Source: an uncultured Fidelibacterota bacterium (lineage in GTDB: Bacteria > Fidelibacterota > Marinisomatia > Marinisomatales > UBA1611). Taken from it: DNA of 58,472 nucleotides. The notes under the pieces are model-generated. The model worked only from the letters and a program-made list of their open reading frames with translations, had not been told where the DNA came from and did not search any database. Positions 23,321 through 33,819 of this stretch are shown one piece after another. The DNA lies in contig CAJWHW010000010.1 in assembly GCA_913040915.1 (NCBI GenBank), positions 1 through 58,472 of the forward strand, read 5' to 3'. The number at the start of each line of letters is the position of its first letter. Position 1 is the stretch's first letter. A program made the translations under genes and the position numbers.

Positions 23321-25258
23321 TTATTTATAGTTTCTTCTTTCATCGAATGCTTGAACACCGGTAAGTAGGAAATCCTCAAAACCTTTGGGAATGTACCCGC
23401 CAGTATCGGCCAACGTATATTCATCTTCAGGATCCAATATTACATAATAAGGTTGCGTTGCCTGCTTGTATCGTTCAAACTGCAAACGAGCATAAGTAGC
23501 ACTCAATGAATCTTTTTTATCAACGTAAAGACGAGTCAATATCATTTTATCTAATTGCTCCATAACTGGTTCTGTTGGAAAAACCCGACGCTCCATAACA
23601 CGACAGTTTGCACAGTAAACACCTGTAAAATCAATGAATAATGGTTTTGCTTCCTGTTTTGCTTTCGCAAGTGCATCTTCATAATTTTGCACGTACCATC
23701 CTTCATTTCTCGCAATATCATCTTCAGTTGGTGGGGGAGGTACCAATGCTTCAATAAATTCATCCATTAGACGGGGCATCTTTGTATAGTGATAGGTGGG
23801 CGGTGAAGCTAAGGACATTCCAATAGGGAATAAGACTATTCCAGTTAAAATAATCCCAACGAAACGACCCTTACCAATTTGGAATGGTTTTATTTTTTCT
23901 GCTGAACCAATTGTAAAAAGGCCCAATAAATAACCAATTTGCAGAATTCCAATAACAATAAATAATGCAAGGACTACATTTCGTGGTAACAGTCCAAGCT
24001 CCCATTCTAAATCAGGCACCCATAGAAATTTGATTGCAGCAGCAATTTCGATGAATCCAAAAATAATTTTCAATGTCTCCATCCAGGTGCCAGATCGCGG
24101 CAGCCTGTCCAATGCTTTTGGGAACATGGATAAGGCTATGAAAGGCGCACCAAAGACGAGACCGTAAACGCTCATTCCATAAAAACTTGTAATTAAACCG
24201 CCAGCGTTACCGCTAGCCGCTACAACTAATAATGTTCCCACTACAGGCACAGTACAACTAAAACTAGTAATTGAAAATGTAACTCCCAATAAAAGCGAAC
24301 CCAAATATGCACTTTTTGCTGATTGTCCTGCTTGATCTGTCTTATTAATCAGTTTACCAGCTACATTTACATTAATAATACCAAACATCCATAATGCAAA
24401 AAAAATGAATAAAATACCCAACCCAAGATTGATCCAGGAATTGGTAGCGATGAAATTCCCAATATTCGCGTATTTTGATTGGGCAGCAACGTCACTAACT
24501 CCCCAGGAAAGGAATCCAACCAACAGTCCAATAATAATGAAAGTTCCAGCAATACCTAAACCATAAAAAAATGCTATTGTATTCCGGCCTATGTATTTTT
24601 CTTCAGACATTTTACCAAAAAATGATATGATAATTGGAATCATGGGATAGACACAGGGCATAACCCAACTCAAAACTGCGCCACCTACAGCAAGTAAAAA
24701 CAAGCTTAAAAGGCTGCTAACATAACTGTTATTCTCATCTGAATTAGATATTATAGAGCTTGTTTCTAATATAGTATTTTTTGCTTCACCTGCGACAACT
24801 GTAATTGGAACAGTCATAGACTTTGTTGTAGGTGGATAACACATCCGATCATTACAAACCATATAGTAAAAATCAAGGTTTACATTATGTATACCTGGTT
24901 CAAGAGAAGAATTAATTTTGACAGGTACAAGAAATTTGGCACCACTAGTATGAAAATAAGAAAATGTTTCAAAACCTTTGTCCCATTCTTTTTTTGGTTC
25001 CGGCTCAATGATCCTACCCACAAGTTCAACACTTTCTCCAAAAACATTAATTTCTGTTGGTAGTGGACCTTCACTTTTTTTGTATATAGAGTAAAGATAC
25101 CATTCTTCATCCATTGAAACAGTAATAGAAATTTTTGCTACTTCACCAGCACGTATCTCTCCTTCCATCTCGGCTGTAACGGTAACTGGATTTGACTGTG
25201 CAAAAAGATTGCCGTAAAGAATTACGAGAAAAAATATCAGTCTCATTTTTATTTTCAA
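23321..25258 (-). CDS. dsbD: DsbD-type thiol:disulfide interchange protein
   Basis: N-domain VCNDRMCYPP, membrane domain PCVYPMIP and SFSCTVP, C-terminal thioredoxin FTGVYCANC. Confidence 0.9.
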   Translation of the reverse strand: MKIKMRLIFFLVILYGNLFAQSNPVTVTAEMEGEIRAGEVAKISITVSMDEEWYLYSIYKKSEGPLPTEINVFGESVELVGRIIEPEPKKEWDKGFETFSYFHTSGAKFLVPVKINSSLEPGIHNVNLDFYYMVCNDRMCYPPTTKSMTVPITVVAGEAKNTILETSSIISNSDENNSYVSSLLSLFLLAVGGAVLSWVMPCVYPMIPIIISFFGKMSEEKYIGRNTIAFFYGLGIAGTFIIIGLLVGFLSWGVSDVAAQSKYANIGNFIATNSWINLGLGILFIFFALWMFGIINVNVAGKLINKTDQAGQSAKSAYLGSLLLGVTFSITSFSCTVPVVGTLLVVAASGNAGGLITSFYGMSVYGLVFGAPFIALSMFPKALDRLPRSGTWMETLKIIFGFIEIAAAIKFLWVPDLEWELGLLPRNVVLALFIVIGILQIGYLLGLFTIGSAEKIKPFQIGKGRFVGIILTGIVLFPIGMSLASPPTYHYTKMPRLMDEFIEALVPPPPTEDDIARNEGWYVQNYEDALAKAKQEAKPLFIDFTGVYCANCRVMERRVFPTEPVMEQLDKMILTRLYVDKKDSLSATYARLQFERYKQATQPYYVILDPEDEYTLADTGGYIPKGFEDFLLTGVQAFDERRNYK

Positions 25259-25280
25259 GTGGTAAGAAGGGCTGATAGAG

Positions 25281-26192
25281 TCATTTTTCCCGGGTCTCTA
25301 GACGGACGTTCATTTCTACTCTTTGGTAAGGGTTATCTCTATCATCTCGGGGTAAATTTACAATTTGATCGATGACCTTATTGCCCTCAATCACCTGGCC
25401 AAAAACCGTATATTGTCCATCTAGGTGTGGCACATCTCCCGCACAGATAAAAAATTGGCTTCCAGCGCTGTTTGGACTGGACGATCGTGCCATAGATAAA
25501 ATACCGTGTTTATGTTTTAGATTGCTGAATTCTGCAGGAAGATCCCACGTTTTTTGGTTTTTTTCATCCCCAACACCAAAATATTTTGCTGCATGACCGC
25601 CTATTCCATAGGTTTCTTTTTTAGTGGGGTCTTTAGTATTTGGATCTCCACCCTGAATAACAAAGCCTGGAATTACTCTGTGAAAAATTGTACCATTATA
25701 ATATCCATTTTTGGCATGAAGTTTAAAACTTTCGACGTGTTTAGGTGCGGATTCATCAAAAAAGTCTACAACCATATCTCCATACTGTGTTGTAATTACT
25801 GCTAATTCCTCTGAGACCATTATATTTATTTCCTTTTTGTTATTTTTGTAATTAGGGTCACCTTCAAACCCATCAATTGAAATAGTGTAAACACCGGATT
25901 GGTTTGGCTTAAAATTCAATACTGTAGATAGTTTTGTCTGTTTATTTAGACGTATAGAGATTGCTTCACCAAATTTAAAGTCCTTATTATTGCTACCGGA
26001 TGTAACGGATAATAATAGGGGTTTCTTAATTGGTATATCACTGCTAATATCTATCTTCACTTCGACTTCTTCTCCATCAAAAATTTCAAAAGTTGTTCCA
26101 GAAACATTTGAAATTTTTAAATCATTTGTTGAAACTGTACAGCCACCAATGATTATATAAATGAATAATAGAAACTTTAAATTACTTTTCAT
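25281..26192 (-). CDS. Cyclophilin-type peptidyl-prolyl isomerase, probable lipoprotein with an N-terminal Ig-like extension
   Basis: IGGC lipobox; YYNGTIFHRVIPGFVIQGGDP, LSMAR, SAGSQFFI, HLDGQYTVFGQV. Confidence 0.93.
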   Translation of the reverse strand: MKSNLKFLLFIYIIIGGCTVSTNDLKISNVSGTTFEIFDGEEVEVKIDISSDIPIKKPLLLSVTSGSNNKDFKFGEAISIRLNKQTKLSTVLNFKPNQSGVYTISIDGFEGDPNYKNNKKEINIMVSEELAVITTQYGDMVVDFFDESAPKHVESFKLHAKNGYYNGTIFHRVIPGFVIQGGDPNTKDPTKKETYGIGGHAAKYFGVGDEKNQKTWDLPAEFSNLKHKHGILSMARSSSPNSAGSQFFICAGDVPHLDGQYTVFGQVIEGNKVIDQIVNLPRDDRDNPYQRVEMNVRLETREK

Positions 26193-26194
26193 TT

Positions 26195-26767
26195 TTAGTA
26201 ACTACTCCCTGGTTTTTGCATTGGAATCCCAGCCAATTCTTCGGGGACTTCATCTTCCCCGTAAGTGACGGCATTCATTTGTATTATTGAATATTGATTT
26301 TCATGTAACTCTATAGAACCATTGCTTCGATCTACCAACACGCCTACACCAATAATGTTCCCGCCTTGCTTTTTTACTAGTTCCATAACTTCTTTTACAG
26401 AACCGCCTGTCGTTACAACATCTTCAATAACCAATACCTTCTCATCTCTTTCAATTTTAAAGCCTCTACGTAAGGTCATTTTATCTTTTTTCCGCTCAGC
26501 AAATATAGTTCTACAACCTAATTGAGTTCCGACTTCGGTTCCCAGCACAACACCACCGATTGCAGGCGAAATAACAACTTCAGGCTGCAACGATTCAAAT
26601 TCATCTGCAATAATTATTGAAAATGCTGTTAAGTATTCAGGGTGCTGCAAAACTTTAGCACATTGAAAATAAGAATCACTATGACGACCGGATGTTAAAA
26701 CAAAATGACCCTCCAGCAATGCTTCTGTTGATTTAAATATACTGATAATTTGTTCTCGTTCAATCAT
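26195..26767 (-). CDS. pyrE: Orotate phosphoribosyltransferase
   Basis: GHFVLTSGRHS; PRPP-binding motif VLVIEDVVTTGGS. Confidence 0.96.
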   Translation of the reverse strand: MIEREQIISIFKSTEALLEGHFVLTSGRHSDSYFQCAKVLQHPEYLTAFSIIIADEFESLQPEVVISPAIGGVVLGTEVGTQLGCRTIFAERKKDKMTLRRGFKIERDEKVLVIEDVVTTGGSVKEVMELVKKQGGNIIGVGVLVDRSNGSIELHENQYSIIQMNAVTYGEDEVPEELAGIPMQKPGSSY

Positions 26768-27557
26768 AATGAAGAACTTGTCTCATACTTTCGACATAAT
26801 CTTCTGCAATATTGAAAATATCTGCTGAAGACATATTACCTGCAAAGTTGATAGATCTGGAAATATTGATTAATCCTACACCCGTTTGGTTACTGATCTT
26901 AAGACTGGTTTCCATATTACCTCCCTGAACACCTACTCCAGGAATCAGTAACGACAAATCCGGTGAGATTTTTCTAACTTTGGATAACTCTTCAGTCGCT
27001 GTGGCACCTACAACCAGACCAATGTTATCATTAATATTTAAGTCATTGGCCCAATATGCAACTTTTTCAAACAATGGAACTTGCTCTGTTATACCATTTT
27101 GAAAATCTGATGCAGATGGGTTTGAAGTACGGCACAAAATAAAAGCACCTTTTTCTGGGTATTGGATAAAAGGCTGAACACTGTCTTTTCCCATATAGGG
27201 GTTTAAAGTCACTGCATCAAACCCAAAATGGTTAAAAATACTTTCTGCATACTGGTTTGCTGTATTACCTATATCTCCTCGTTTCGCATCTGCAATTTTG
27301 ATGTGATTATTACCAATATAGGATACCGTTTCTTCCAACCAGGCGAAGCCATTTGAACCCCAACGTTCAAAGAAAGCAAAATTAGGCTTGTAAGCAATAG
27401 CAAAATTTCGAGTTGCATCAATTACCTTGAGAGTATGCGCTTTTAAATCGGAGAGTTGATCAGATCCTATGGCTTCAGGATAAATATCTAATCCGACACA
27501 TAGCCAGGATTTTCTCTCTTCTGTTAAAGATTTAAGATAAGAATTAAAGGTATCCAT
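26760..27557 (-). CDS. pyrF: Orotidine 5'-phosphate decarboxylase
   Basis: LCVGLD, AYKPNFAFFE, DAKRGDIGNT, LCRTSNP, VVGAT, LIPGVGVQGG. Confidence 0.97.
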   Translation of the reverse strand: MDTFNSYLKSLTEERKSWLCVGLDIYPEAIGSDQLSDLKAHTLKVIDATRNFAIAYKPNFAFFERWGSNGFAWLEETVSYIGNNHIKIADAKRGDIGNTANQYAESIFNHFGFDAVTLNPYMGKDSVQPFIQYPEKGAFILCRTSNPSASDFQNGITEQVPLFEKVAYWANDLNINDNIGLVVGATATEELSKVRKISPDLSLLIPGVGVQGGNMETSLKISNQTGVGLINISRSINFAGNMSSADIFNIAEDYVESMRQVLHYD

Positions 27558-27689
27558 AGCCTCGCAATTTACCCAGAGTTAATTAACACCTACAATTTGA
27601 ATTAAGCGAATATTATACAAATTTTTCAATAGTTAATTATCATCATCTTCTGATTTACAAATTTCACCTATCAATCATAAACTTCATAC

Positions 27690-28262
27690 ATGGATGGGCT
27701 AGACTTTCGACCTGAATCTGAATCTCGTAGTACGATCATTGCTTCTAGTGGACCTTTCCAAATTGAACGCATAAAAAGTATCGGAGAAAAAGATTTTCAT
27801 CCCCTAATCCATATTTCTAAATCTTTAGCGGAAGAATATGGCTCCAGAGCTATTCTAACAGTTAATACTATCCAGAAATATTTTAACCGAATAGAGTCTC
27901 TCCCCTTTATTGCCCGTTTTCAAGATAAAATTATTGGCTATATAATTGGTGTTCCTTTAGAAGTCTTGAGTCTTGAACCATGGGCACGATTGGATATGAA
28001 TTTTGGAAAACAAAATACAATATATACCTATGCATTTGTTATTCAAAGTAAATTTAAGGGGAACGGTTATGCGAAAATGCTTAAACGGGTTTATTTGAAC
28101 TGGGTAAAAAAGCAGAAAAATATAATATATATCACCGGGCATGTAAAATATGGTGTTGCATCAAATTTAGCTGGAGCAATCAAAATCATAGACAGTACTG
28201 AAAACTGGCAGGGGACTGGGAAAACATTTGAATATTACCGCAGATATTTAGAACAAGAATGA
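27690..28262 (+). CDS. Putative GNAT-fold acetyltransferase
   Basis: IIGYIIG strand and motif-A-like VIQSKFKGNGYAKML; divergent from pyrF. Confidence 0.65.
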   Translation: MDGLDFRPESESRSTIIASSGPFQIERIKSIGEKDFHPLIHISKSLAEEYGSRAILTVNTIQKYFNRIESLPFIARFQDKIIGYIIGVPLEVLSLEPWARLDMNFGKQNTIYTYAFVIQSKFKGNGYAKMLKRVYLNWVKKQKNIIYITGHVKYGVASNLAGAIKIIDSTENWQGTGKTFEYYRRYLEQE

Positions 28263-28314
28263 ATTTTTAGGACTAACCAAGAACAATCTTCAATAAATAT
28301 ATTCAAAATAGATT

Positions 28315-29877
28315 CTATTTTTTATGATTTTTTTGATCACTGTCATTAAAAAAGGGTTCTAAAGATTCTGGCGTTGGTGCAGATGTTAGCAGACTAAATA
28401 CCACTAAAGCTAAAAAAGATAATCCAGCTGCAGGATAAGTCAGTTCTTGTAAAAAGGGATGCATATTGTTGAATCCTTCCCAACCGGGTAAAAAATAGGT
28501 CCATAAAATTGTTATTGTTGAACCAGTAAGTATAGATGCAATCGCACCTTCCTTGGTAGCACGTTTCCAGAGAAACGCTGCCAGAAGAGCAGGGGTAATT
28601 GATGTACCATAAATATTATAAGCTGTAAATGCTGCATTTAGTATGGTCTTGAACTGGCTCACCAATAGAAATGCAACAATACCAAGTATTAGAACAAGGA
28701 TGCGACTCATAAATAGAACCTGCTTTTCAGTAGCATTCGGGTTTATATGCCTTAAATATACATCCCGAGTTAGATTGGTTGCTGGGATAAGTAGAAATGA
28801 ATCCGCTGTTGAAACAATGATAGCCATCATAGTGGAAACCAAAATAAGGCCCAAAATAATGGGTAAATCTGCATAGCGAGCAATAGCCGGAATAACCGAT
28901 TCACTGCCTACCTGCCTTGCTTCTAACATAGCATCGGCAGTTGGATTGGTGATTTCTATCTGAGCTACTGCAACAAGGTCAGGAATAATGCCTTTACTTG
29001 CAGCAACAGCACCGGTAAGTCCTAGCATGCCAATAACTGATTCTAAAATAATCACACCAAAAATCCAGAAAAATACTGCCTTTTTAGCCGCCCCTACATC
29101 CCTTGCGCTAAAAATTCTTTGATACATGTTTGCATCACCCATTAAAAGTAGCATGGTCGGAACGAAAAAACTGATTGCTATCATTGGCCCAGAAACATCA
29201 CCGGTTCGTTCCAGCCCCCAGTTACCAAATAGCTGCCACTTTCCTGCTGGCTGTGCAATAGAAATGATCTCGGAAATTCCACCAATTTTAAAATAAAGAA
29301 AAATAAGTGCCCCTACAGTACCAATGATCATAAGGATACCATTAACTACATCTGTATAAACTACAGAAAACATTCCTGCCAATACAGTGTAGGAAATTGC
29401 AAATACAGCTGTAATTAAGATACCTGTTTCCAAAGAGACCATACCATTTGAAACCATGGATAAAACTTTACCACCACCGCGGAATTGATAAGAAACGATC
29501 GTAGTATAGGCTATAACTGTGGTGAATGTTGCCAACATAGCAGGTATTTGACCATACCTGGCTTCGAAAATATCAGGGACTGTTACTTTACCGAAATTCC
29601 GAATCCTCCGAGTAATGAAATAAATCAAGGTAATACCCAGCCATGCACCTCCACTTGACCATAGGCATGCAAGACCGTTGCGATAACCAAGTCCAGCACC
29701 GCTGAATAATGAGCCACTCCCCATCCAGGTGGCTAATAGAGTTCCAACCAATACATACCAAGGGAGTGTCCGTCCTGCTACCATAAAATCTTCACTATCT
29801 TTTACATAATGAACCTTATAAATGCCCACAGCAACTAGTGCAAAAAGATAGATAAGGATGCCTGTTAAGTATGTCAT
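28315..29877 (-). CDS. Sodium:solute symporter (SSS) family protein
   Basis: DFMVAGRTL, ATWMGSGS, TVPDIFEARY, VVYTDVV, MYQRIFSA, AIIVSTADS; many TM helices. Confidence 0.94.
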   Translation of the reverse strand: MTYLTGILIYLFALVAVGIYKVHYVKDSEDFMVAGRTLPWYVLVGTLLATWMGSGSLFSGAGLGYRNGLACLWSSGGAWLGITLIYFITRRIRNFGKVTVPDIFEARYGQIPAMLATFTTVIAYTTIVSYQFRGGGKVLSMVSNGMVSLETGILITAVFAISYTVLAGMFSVVYTDVVNGILMIIGTVGALIFLYFKIGGISEIISIAQPAGKWQLFGNWGLERTGDVSGPMIAISFFVPTMLLLMGDANMYQRIFSARDVGAAKKAVFFWIFGVIILESVIGMLGLTGAVAASKGIIPDLVAVAQIEITNPTADAMLEARQVGSESVIPAIARYADLPIILGLILVSTMMAIIVSTADSFLLIPATNLTRDVYLRHINPNATEKQVLFMSRILVLILGIVAFLLVSQFKTILNAAFTAYNIYGTSITPALLAAFLWKRATKEGAIASILTGSTITILWTYFLPGWEGFNNMHPFLQELTYPAAGLSFLALVVFSLLTSAPTPESLEPFFNDSDQKNHKK

Positions 29878-29964
29878 AGACTTCTAAATTAGATTCGGAT
29901 TAAGATACATTTAAAGAATTAATGTCAATTAATCATTAATTTCCACGCCTTGATTCTATGAACA

Positions 29965-32118
29965 ATGAAAAAATTAATTCTAATTTTTAGCAGTTTAATT
30001 CTTTTTTGGAACTGCGATGGTAAAACCATGACTAAGATAAAAACTCACCAGAATCGTCTGGCTGAATCCCAAAGCCCCTATCTGCTCCAACATGCTTCTA
30101 ATCCTGTAGACTGGTACCCATGGGGGGATGAAGCATTCGAAAAAGCAAAAGCAGAGAATAAACCAATTTTCCTTTCTATTGGCTACTCCACATGTCATTG
30201 GTGCCACGTCATGGAACATGAATCCTTTGAAGATTCCACTGTTGCTCAATTAATGAATGAAAATTTTATAAATATTAAAGTTGATCGTGAAGAAATGCCG
30301 GAAGTAGATCATCTATATATGTCCGTTTGCCAGGCCATGACCGGACGTGGCGGTTGGCCGCTTACGGTAGTCATGACACCAAATAAGGAGCCTTTTTTTG
30401 CAGGAACTTATTTCCCCAAAGACGGCCGCGGGAAACGCCCTGGAATGCTACAATTAATACCCAGTCTTGCAAATGCCTGGAATACCAAACAAGGCGAGAT
30501 CAGCAAAACTACAGAAAAGGTCAAAAATTATCTTCAAAAGATTAATACTTCGCAGCCTGGGGATGAATGGGATGAAGAAATGATAAATAAGGCCTTAACA
30601 GAAAATTCTTCTAAATTTGATCCTGATTTTGGTGGGTTTGGAAGGGCCCCGAAATTTCCATCTCCTCACAATCTAATATTCTTATTACGTTATGGAAAGT
30701 TGTATGAAAATAAAACGGCCATTAATATGGTTGAAAAAACACTTCATCACATGCGCATGGGCGGTATGTTTGACCATATTGGTCTTGGGTTTCACCGCTA
30801 TTCCACCGATAAACGATGGCTCCTTCCCCACTTTGAGAAAATGCTCTATGACCAGGCAATGCTCTCTATGGCCTACCTTGAAGCGTTTCAACTAACAGGA
30901 AAAACTGAATATGCGGATGTAGCTGAAGAAATATTTACTTACGTTCTCCGTGATATGACAGATAAAGAAGGTGGATTTTATTCTGCTGAAGATGCAGACA
31001 GTGAAGGTGAAGAAGGGACATTCTATATCTGGACAGAAGAGCAATTCATTGAAGTTTTAGGTGAAGCAGATGGCAGGAAAATGGCAAAAATATACGGTTT
31101 TGAAGCAGTAGGGAATTTTCACGATGAAGCTACCGGCCAAACAACTGGAAAAAATATTCCCTATTACTCTGAAGAAAAGGAAGTTTTAGCTAAATCTGTT
31201 GGTATGAATTTAGGTGAATTAGATGCTTTTATTTTAGAATCACGTAAAAAGCTTTTTACTGAACGTGAAAAAAGAATTCACCCTTTGAAAGATGATAAAA
31301 TTCTCACAGACTGGAATGGATTAATGATTGCTGCGCTTTCTATGGGAGGCCGTATTTTAAATAATGATACTTATACCAAAGCTGCTGAAAAGTCAGCACA
31401 GTTTATATTAACTACATTGAAGAAAAAAAATGGACGATTAATGAAAAGGTCACGCTTGGGTAAAGCAGGGCTCTCTCCACATTTAGATGATTATGCCTTT
31501 ATGACTTGGGGTCTTCTCAATCTTTATGAAACGAATTTTAATGCTAATTATTTATCTTCTGCAGTAGATCTGACTAAAATCATGGTAGAAGATTTTTCTG
31601 ATGAAAAAGGGGGGTTTTTTATTGGTAGTAAAGATGCTGAAAAACTTTTAGTCCGTGCAAAGGATAGTTTTGATGGGGCCATTCCATCAGGAAACTCTAC
31701 TGCTGTCATGAATTTATTCAGATTAAGTAAAATTACGGGGAATATGCATTGGGCTGAAATCGCGCATAAAACACTCAAAGCCTTTACAGATCCTGCAAAA
31801 AAATCACCTACCGGATTTACCGCTATGCTCACCGGCTTTATGTTCGATATAAAAAAACCCAAGGAAGTCGTTTTTGTGGGAAATTCGAATGATCCTGAAA
31901 TTGAAAATTTGATGCAGACGCTTGGTAAAAATTATTCACCGAACAAGGTAGTTTTATTCAAAGATATATCTGATCCTGATGGGCTCATCCATGTTGCACC
32001 GTGGACAAAAAATCATGTGATGATGAATGATTTACCCACTTTTTACATTTGCGAAGATTTTTCCTGTAGACGACCCACCAACAGTATTGAGTTAGCACTA
32101 AAATATATCAATGGGTAA
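29965..32118 (+). CDS. YyaL/SSP411 (DUF255) thioredoxin-domain plus alpha/alpha-barrel protein
   Basis: [65 protein letters not shown]. Confidence 0.95.
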   Translation: MKKLILIFSSLILFWNCDGKTMTKIKTHQNRLAESQSPYLLQHASNPVDWYPWGDEAFEKAKAENKPIFLSIGYSTCHWCHVMEHESFEDSTVAQLMNENFINIKVDREEMPEVDHLYMSVCQAMTGRGGWPLTVVMTPNKEPFFAGTYFPKDGRGKRPGMLQLIPSLANAWNTKQGEISKTTEKVKNYLQKINTSQPGDEWDEEMINKALTENSSKFDPDFGGFGRAPKFPSPHNLIFLLRYGKLYENKTAINMVEKTLHHMRMGGMFDHIGLGFHRYSTDKRWLLPHFEKMLYDQAMLSMAYLEAFQLTGKTEYADVAEEIFTYVLRDMTDKEGGFYSAEDADSEGEEGTFYIWTEEQFIEVLGEADGRKMAKIYGFEAVGNFHDEATGQTTGKNIPYYSEEKEVLAKSVGMNLGELDAFILESRKKLFTEREKRIHPLKDDKILTDWNGLMIAALSMGGRILNNDTYTKAAEKSAQFILTTLKKKNGRLMKRSRLGKAGLSPHLDDYAFMTWGLLNLYETNFNANYLSSAVDLTKIMVEDFSDEKGGFFIGSKDAEKLLVRAKDSFDGAIPSGNSTAVMNLFRLSKITGNMHWAEIAHKTLKAFTDPAKKSPTGFTAMLTGFMFDIKKPKEVVFVGNSNDPEIENLMQTLGKNYSPNKVVLFKDISDPDGLIHVAPWTKNHVMMNDLPTFYICEDFSCRRPTNSIELALKYING

Positions 32119-32305
32119 ATCATTTTCAAAACAGTTGGGTTCTACACTGGCTCACATTCAGGATCTTTTTGATACTGTTCTGCATAGATTATTTAAGTCT
32201 GGTTTAAATAACAAGAAAAGTACAGTAATCTCTAACATTAAGGATGCCGGTGACGCTTATTATGAAACGTATGCTAACATCAAAAAAGGAAAAGATAAAC
32301 CATGA
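32111..32305 (+). CDS. Small hypothetical protein (64 aa)
   Basis: Overlaps the upstream stop (ATGGGTAA) and the downstream start (ATGA), i.e. translational coupling on both sides. Confidence 0.65.
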   Translation: MGKSFSKQLGSTLAHIQDLFDTVLHRLFKSGLNNKKSTVISNIKDAGDAYYETYANIKKGKDKP

Positions 32306-33594
32306 AAAAATTTGCACTGCACTGGCAAATAATTATCGGACTGGCCTTAGGATTGTTGTATGGAATACTAGCTGCTAGTTCTGGCTGGGGAGCATTTACA
32401 TCAGATTGGATCGCACCGTTTGGAACAATTTTTATAAATCTATTAAAACTAATCGCAGTTCCTTTGGTTTTGGCTTCATTGATTACTGGAGTAGCTTCCT
32501 TATCTGATTTAAAAAAACTGAGCAGGATCGGTGGTAAATCAATCGGAATTTACATTGGTACAACTGCTGTTGCAGTTATTTTGGGGCTGGTATCAGTGAA
32601 TATTATCCAGCCAGGAGATAAAGTTCCACAACAAATGAAGAATAAACTCGAACAAACCTATGAAAAAGATGCCTCTGCTCGTACTGGGAAAGCACAACAA
32701 GTAAAAGACCGTGGCCCACTCCAGCCTATTGTTGATATGGTACCTAATAATTTCTTTTCTTCTGCTTCTTCAAACCGAAATATGCTTCAGGTAGTTTTTG
32801 TTGCAATTTTTGTTGGGATCGGGTTGATCCAAATTCCCAGTGAAAAGGGAAAACCAGTTTTGGATTTTTTCAAAGGGTTGAATGATGTTGTTATAAAGCT
32901 GGTAGACTTCATTATGATTTTAGCCCCATTTGGTGTATTTGCTCTCATTGCGCAAACAATTAATAAAGTTGCCGGAAATGATTTGGGGCAGGTATTAGAA
33001 TTATTAGGTGCCCTTGGTTTTTATATGTTTTCCGTTATCATCGGACTCTTTATTCATGCCGGTGTAACCTATTTAGGATTGTTAAAAATTTTTAGCAGTA
33101 TGCCGGTTTCCACATTTTTCCAAGGAATGGCCCCGGCTCAGCTATTAGCTTTTTCAACTAGTTCCAGCGGTGCAACATTGCCGGTCACAATGGAAAGATG
33201 TGAAGAAGAACTTGGAGTCTCTGAAGAAGTTTCATCTTTCGTACTGCCCCTAGGAGCAACAATTAATATGGATGGTACAGCATTGTATCAGGCTGTGGCT
33301 GCTGTTTTTATTGCCCAGGCTGTCGGTATGGATTTGGATCTTGGTGCTCAATTAACTATTATTCTTACTGCAGTTTTAGCATCCATTGGCACAGCAGCTG
33401 TGCCGGGTGCAGGAATCATAATGTTGGTTATAATTCTAGAAGCTGTGGGCGTGCCTAGTGCGGGAATTGCTTTAATTTTAGGTGTAGACCGTATTTTGGA
33501 TATGCTTAGAACAACCATCAATGTCACTGGTGATGCAACCATTGCTGTTATTATTGCGGAAACTGAAGATCAACTGTCTATTCCAATGAAATAG
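32302..33594 (+). CDS. Dicarboxylate/amino acid:cation symporter (GltP/GltT-like)
   Basis: LAFSTSSSGATLP, PLGATINMDGTALY, ASIGTAAVPG, DRILDMLRTTINVTGD. Confidence 0.96.
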   Translation: MKKFALHWQIIIGLALGLLYGILAASSGWGAFTSDWIAPFGTIFINLLKLIAVPLVLASLITGVASLSDLKKLSRIGGKSIGIYIGTTAVAVILGLVSVNIIQPGDKVPQQMKNKLEQTYEKDASARTGKAQQVKDRGPLQPIVDMVPNNFFSSASSNRNMLQVVFVAIFVGIGLIQIPSEKGKPVLDFFKGLNDVVIKLVDFIMILAPFGVFALIAQTINKVAGNDLGQVLELLGALGFYMFSVIIGLFIHAGVTYLGLLKIFSSMPVSTFFQGMAPAQLLAFSTSSSGATLPVTMERCEEELGVSEEVSSFVLPLGATINMDGTALYQAVAAVFIAQAVGMDLDLGAQLTIILTAVLASIGTAAVPGAGIIMLVIILEAVGVPSAGIALILGVDRILDMLRTTINVTGDATIAVIIAETEDQLSIPMK

Positions 33595-33647
33595 TTTTAT
33601 CCATTAAAAATCATTAATAATTTCGTTTAGATTTTTGAAAGCCTTAC

Positions 33648-33795
33648 GGGTAGATTCTGAATTTTTTGGATCTATAACTAATAATTGGGTGCTGTACTTC
33701 GATGTCAAAAAACAGGCCTTCCTTGCGCGTGCATGGTAAAGGAAGTTTGCTGTCTTCGAGAGGCTCCCTCCGTTCAATAAACAAAGAATGGTCCC
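33648..33795 (-). ncRNA. Candidate structured small RNA (~148 nt rod, 6S RNA-like)
   Basis: Locally GC-richer stretch between convergent genes. Nested complementary segments GGG/CCC, AUUCU/AGAAU, GGGAGC/GCACCC, UCGA/UCGA, AGACAG/CUGUUU, CUUCCUU/AAGGAAG; TAAATT box 7 nt upstream of the 5' GGG. Strand and class uncertain. Confidence 0.55.
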
Positions 33796-33819
33796 AAAAA
33801 ACAATTTACCCGTTTCTTT

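Noticed and set aside
33687..33768. SRP RNA, tRNA-Sec or riboswitch identity for the structured intergenic element
   Set aside because: Lacks the SRP CAGG-GNRA-AGCAG domain IV motif and a cloverleaf/T-loop; there is no downstream gene for a riboswitch to control
33604..33804. 66-aa minus-strand ORF downstream of hflX
   Set aside because: TTG start without SD and no recognisable motif; it coincides with a structured RNA candidate that explains the sequence better (not fully excluded)
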